Below are positions 1-459 of a stretch of DNA of 459 nt, in pieces (within the stretch, counting starts at the first letter, position 1; each line of letters begins with the position of its first letter). The translations under genes were made by a program, and so were the position numbers. The notes beneath the pieces are model-generated. The model searched no databases, was not told where the DNA came from, and worked only from the letters and a program-made list of their open reading frames with translations. This DNA is from a phage, in the sequence record MK370062.1. One strand, written 5' to 3'.

Positions 1-459
1 ATGAAAGCGAACGAAAACGCGGTGGCGTTTCAGACCGCGATTGCGAGCATTAAACTGATTCAGGCGAGCAGCGTGCTGGATCTGACCGAAGATGATTTTG
101 AATTTCTGACCCGCGATCGCGTGTGGATTGCGACCGATCGCAGCCGCGCGCGCCGCGCGATTGAAGCGTGCGTGTATGGCACCCTGGATTTTGTGGGCTA
201 TCCGCGCTTTCCGGCGCCGATTGAATTTATTGCGGCGGTGATTGCGTATTATGTGCATCCGGTGAACATTCAGACCGCGTGCCTGATTATGGAAGGCGCG
301 GAATTTACCGAAAACATTATTAACGGCGTGGATGCGCCGGTGAAAGCGGCGGAACTGTTTGCGTTTACCCTGCGCGTGCGCGCGGGCAACACCGAACTGA
401 TTACCTATGCGGAAAACAACGCGCGCGAAAAACTGCGCGCGCAGGGCGTGATGGATGTG
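1..459 (+). CDS. Hypothetical protein of unknown family, 153 codons, 3'-partial (ATG at nt 1, no stop codon in window); nucleotide sequence appears to be a single-codon back-translation of a protein
   Basis: Seen in sequence: frame +1 is open across all 153 codons from ATG at 1-3 to GTG at 457-459. Frames +2 and +3 are interrupted early (e.g. tga at 56-58 in frame +2, taa at 51-53 in frame +3). All 20 amino acids are present and each uses one codon only. No upstream sequence is available, so no RBS or promoter can be assessed. Product assignment is not possible from memory-based comparison; I recognise no family. Confidence 0.8.
   Translation, partial: MKANENAVAFQTAIASIKLIQASSVLDLTEDDFEFLTRDRVWIATDRSRARRAIEACVYGTLDFVGYPRFPAPIEFIAAVIAYYVHPVNIQTACLIMEGAEFTENIINGVDAPVKAAELFAFTLRVRAGNTELITYAENNAREKLRAQGVMDV

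Noticed and set aside
1-3. Search for promoter (-35/-10) and Shine-Dalgarno upstream of the start codon.
   Set aside because: The window begins exactly at the ATG, so no upstream sequence exists to evaluate; nothing can be called.
144-159. Alternating CG tract (ccgcgcgcgccgcgcg), potentially Z-DNA-prone or palindromic.
   Set aside because: Direct consequence of the R-A-R-R-A peptide with cgc/gcg codons; not evidence of a regulatory element.
37-246. Short recurring nucleotide words (gcgattgcg at 37-45, gcgattgaa at 157-165, ccgattgaa at 217-225, gtgattgcg at 238-246) that could be mistaken for direct repeats or a degenerate CRISPR-like array.
   Set aside because: They are 9-nt matches produced by recurring dipeptides (Ala-Ile, Ile-Glu) under a one-codon code; spacing is irregular and length is far too short for CRISPR or other functional repeats.
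289-291. Internal in-frame ATG codons (Met97 at 289-291, Met151 at 451-453) as alternative starts.
   Set aside because: No preceding purine-rich RBS-like sequence (upstream is ggcgtgcctgatt), and with back-translated DNA such signals would not be preserved anyway.
421-440. Inverted repeat gcgcgc (421-426) / gcgcgc (435-440) with an 8-nt loop gaaaaact, resembling a hairpin or terminator stem.
   Set aside because: Arises directly from Ala-Arg ... Arg-Ala encoded as gcg-cgc ... cgc-gcg; there is no following T-tract and it lies inside the coding frame.
1-459. Codon-aligned antisense frame on the - strand is completely free of stop codons across the window, with a single ATG at 258-256 (complement of the His86 cat codon).
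   Set aside because: Artefact of the codon dictionary: none of the 20 codons used has a reverse complement that is a stop (tta, cta, tca never occur in frame). This says nothing about a real antisense gene.

Overview
The whole 459-nt window is one uninterrupted + strand reading frame (nt 1-459, 153 codons) that starts at ATG at position 1 and has no stop codon, so it is open at the 3' end. Its translation is MKANENAVAFQTAIASIKLIQASSVLDLTEDDFEFLTRDRVWIATDRSRARRAIEACVYGTLDFVGYPRFPAPIEFIAAVIAYYVHPVNIQTACLIMEGAEFTENIINGVDAPVKAAELFAFTLRVRAGNTELITYAENNAREKLRAQGVMDV. The key observation is that each of the 20 amino acids is encoded by exactly one codon throughout (Ala always gcg, Leu ctg, Arg cgc, Gly ggc, and so on), so only 20 distinct codons appear in 153. 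That is the signature of a protein computationally back-translated with a single preferred-codon table (E. coli-like), not of a native gene. Nucleotide-level signals here (GC content, palindromes, short repeats, the open antisense frame) are therefore artefacts of the codon dictionary, and only the protein sequence carries biological information. I do not recognise the protein family and see no classical catalytic or nucleotide-binding motif. No promoter, RBS, terminator, RNA gene, mobile element or CRISPR array can be supported. One 153-residue protein of unknown family cannot by itself establish a novel system; that claim would need protein-level homology or structure searches and the native genomic context.
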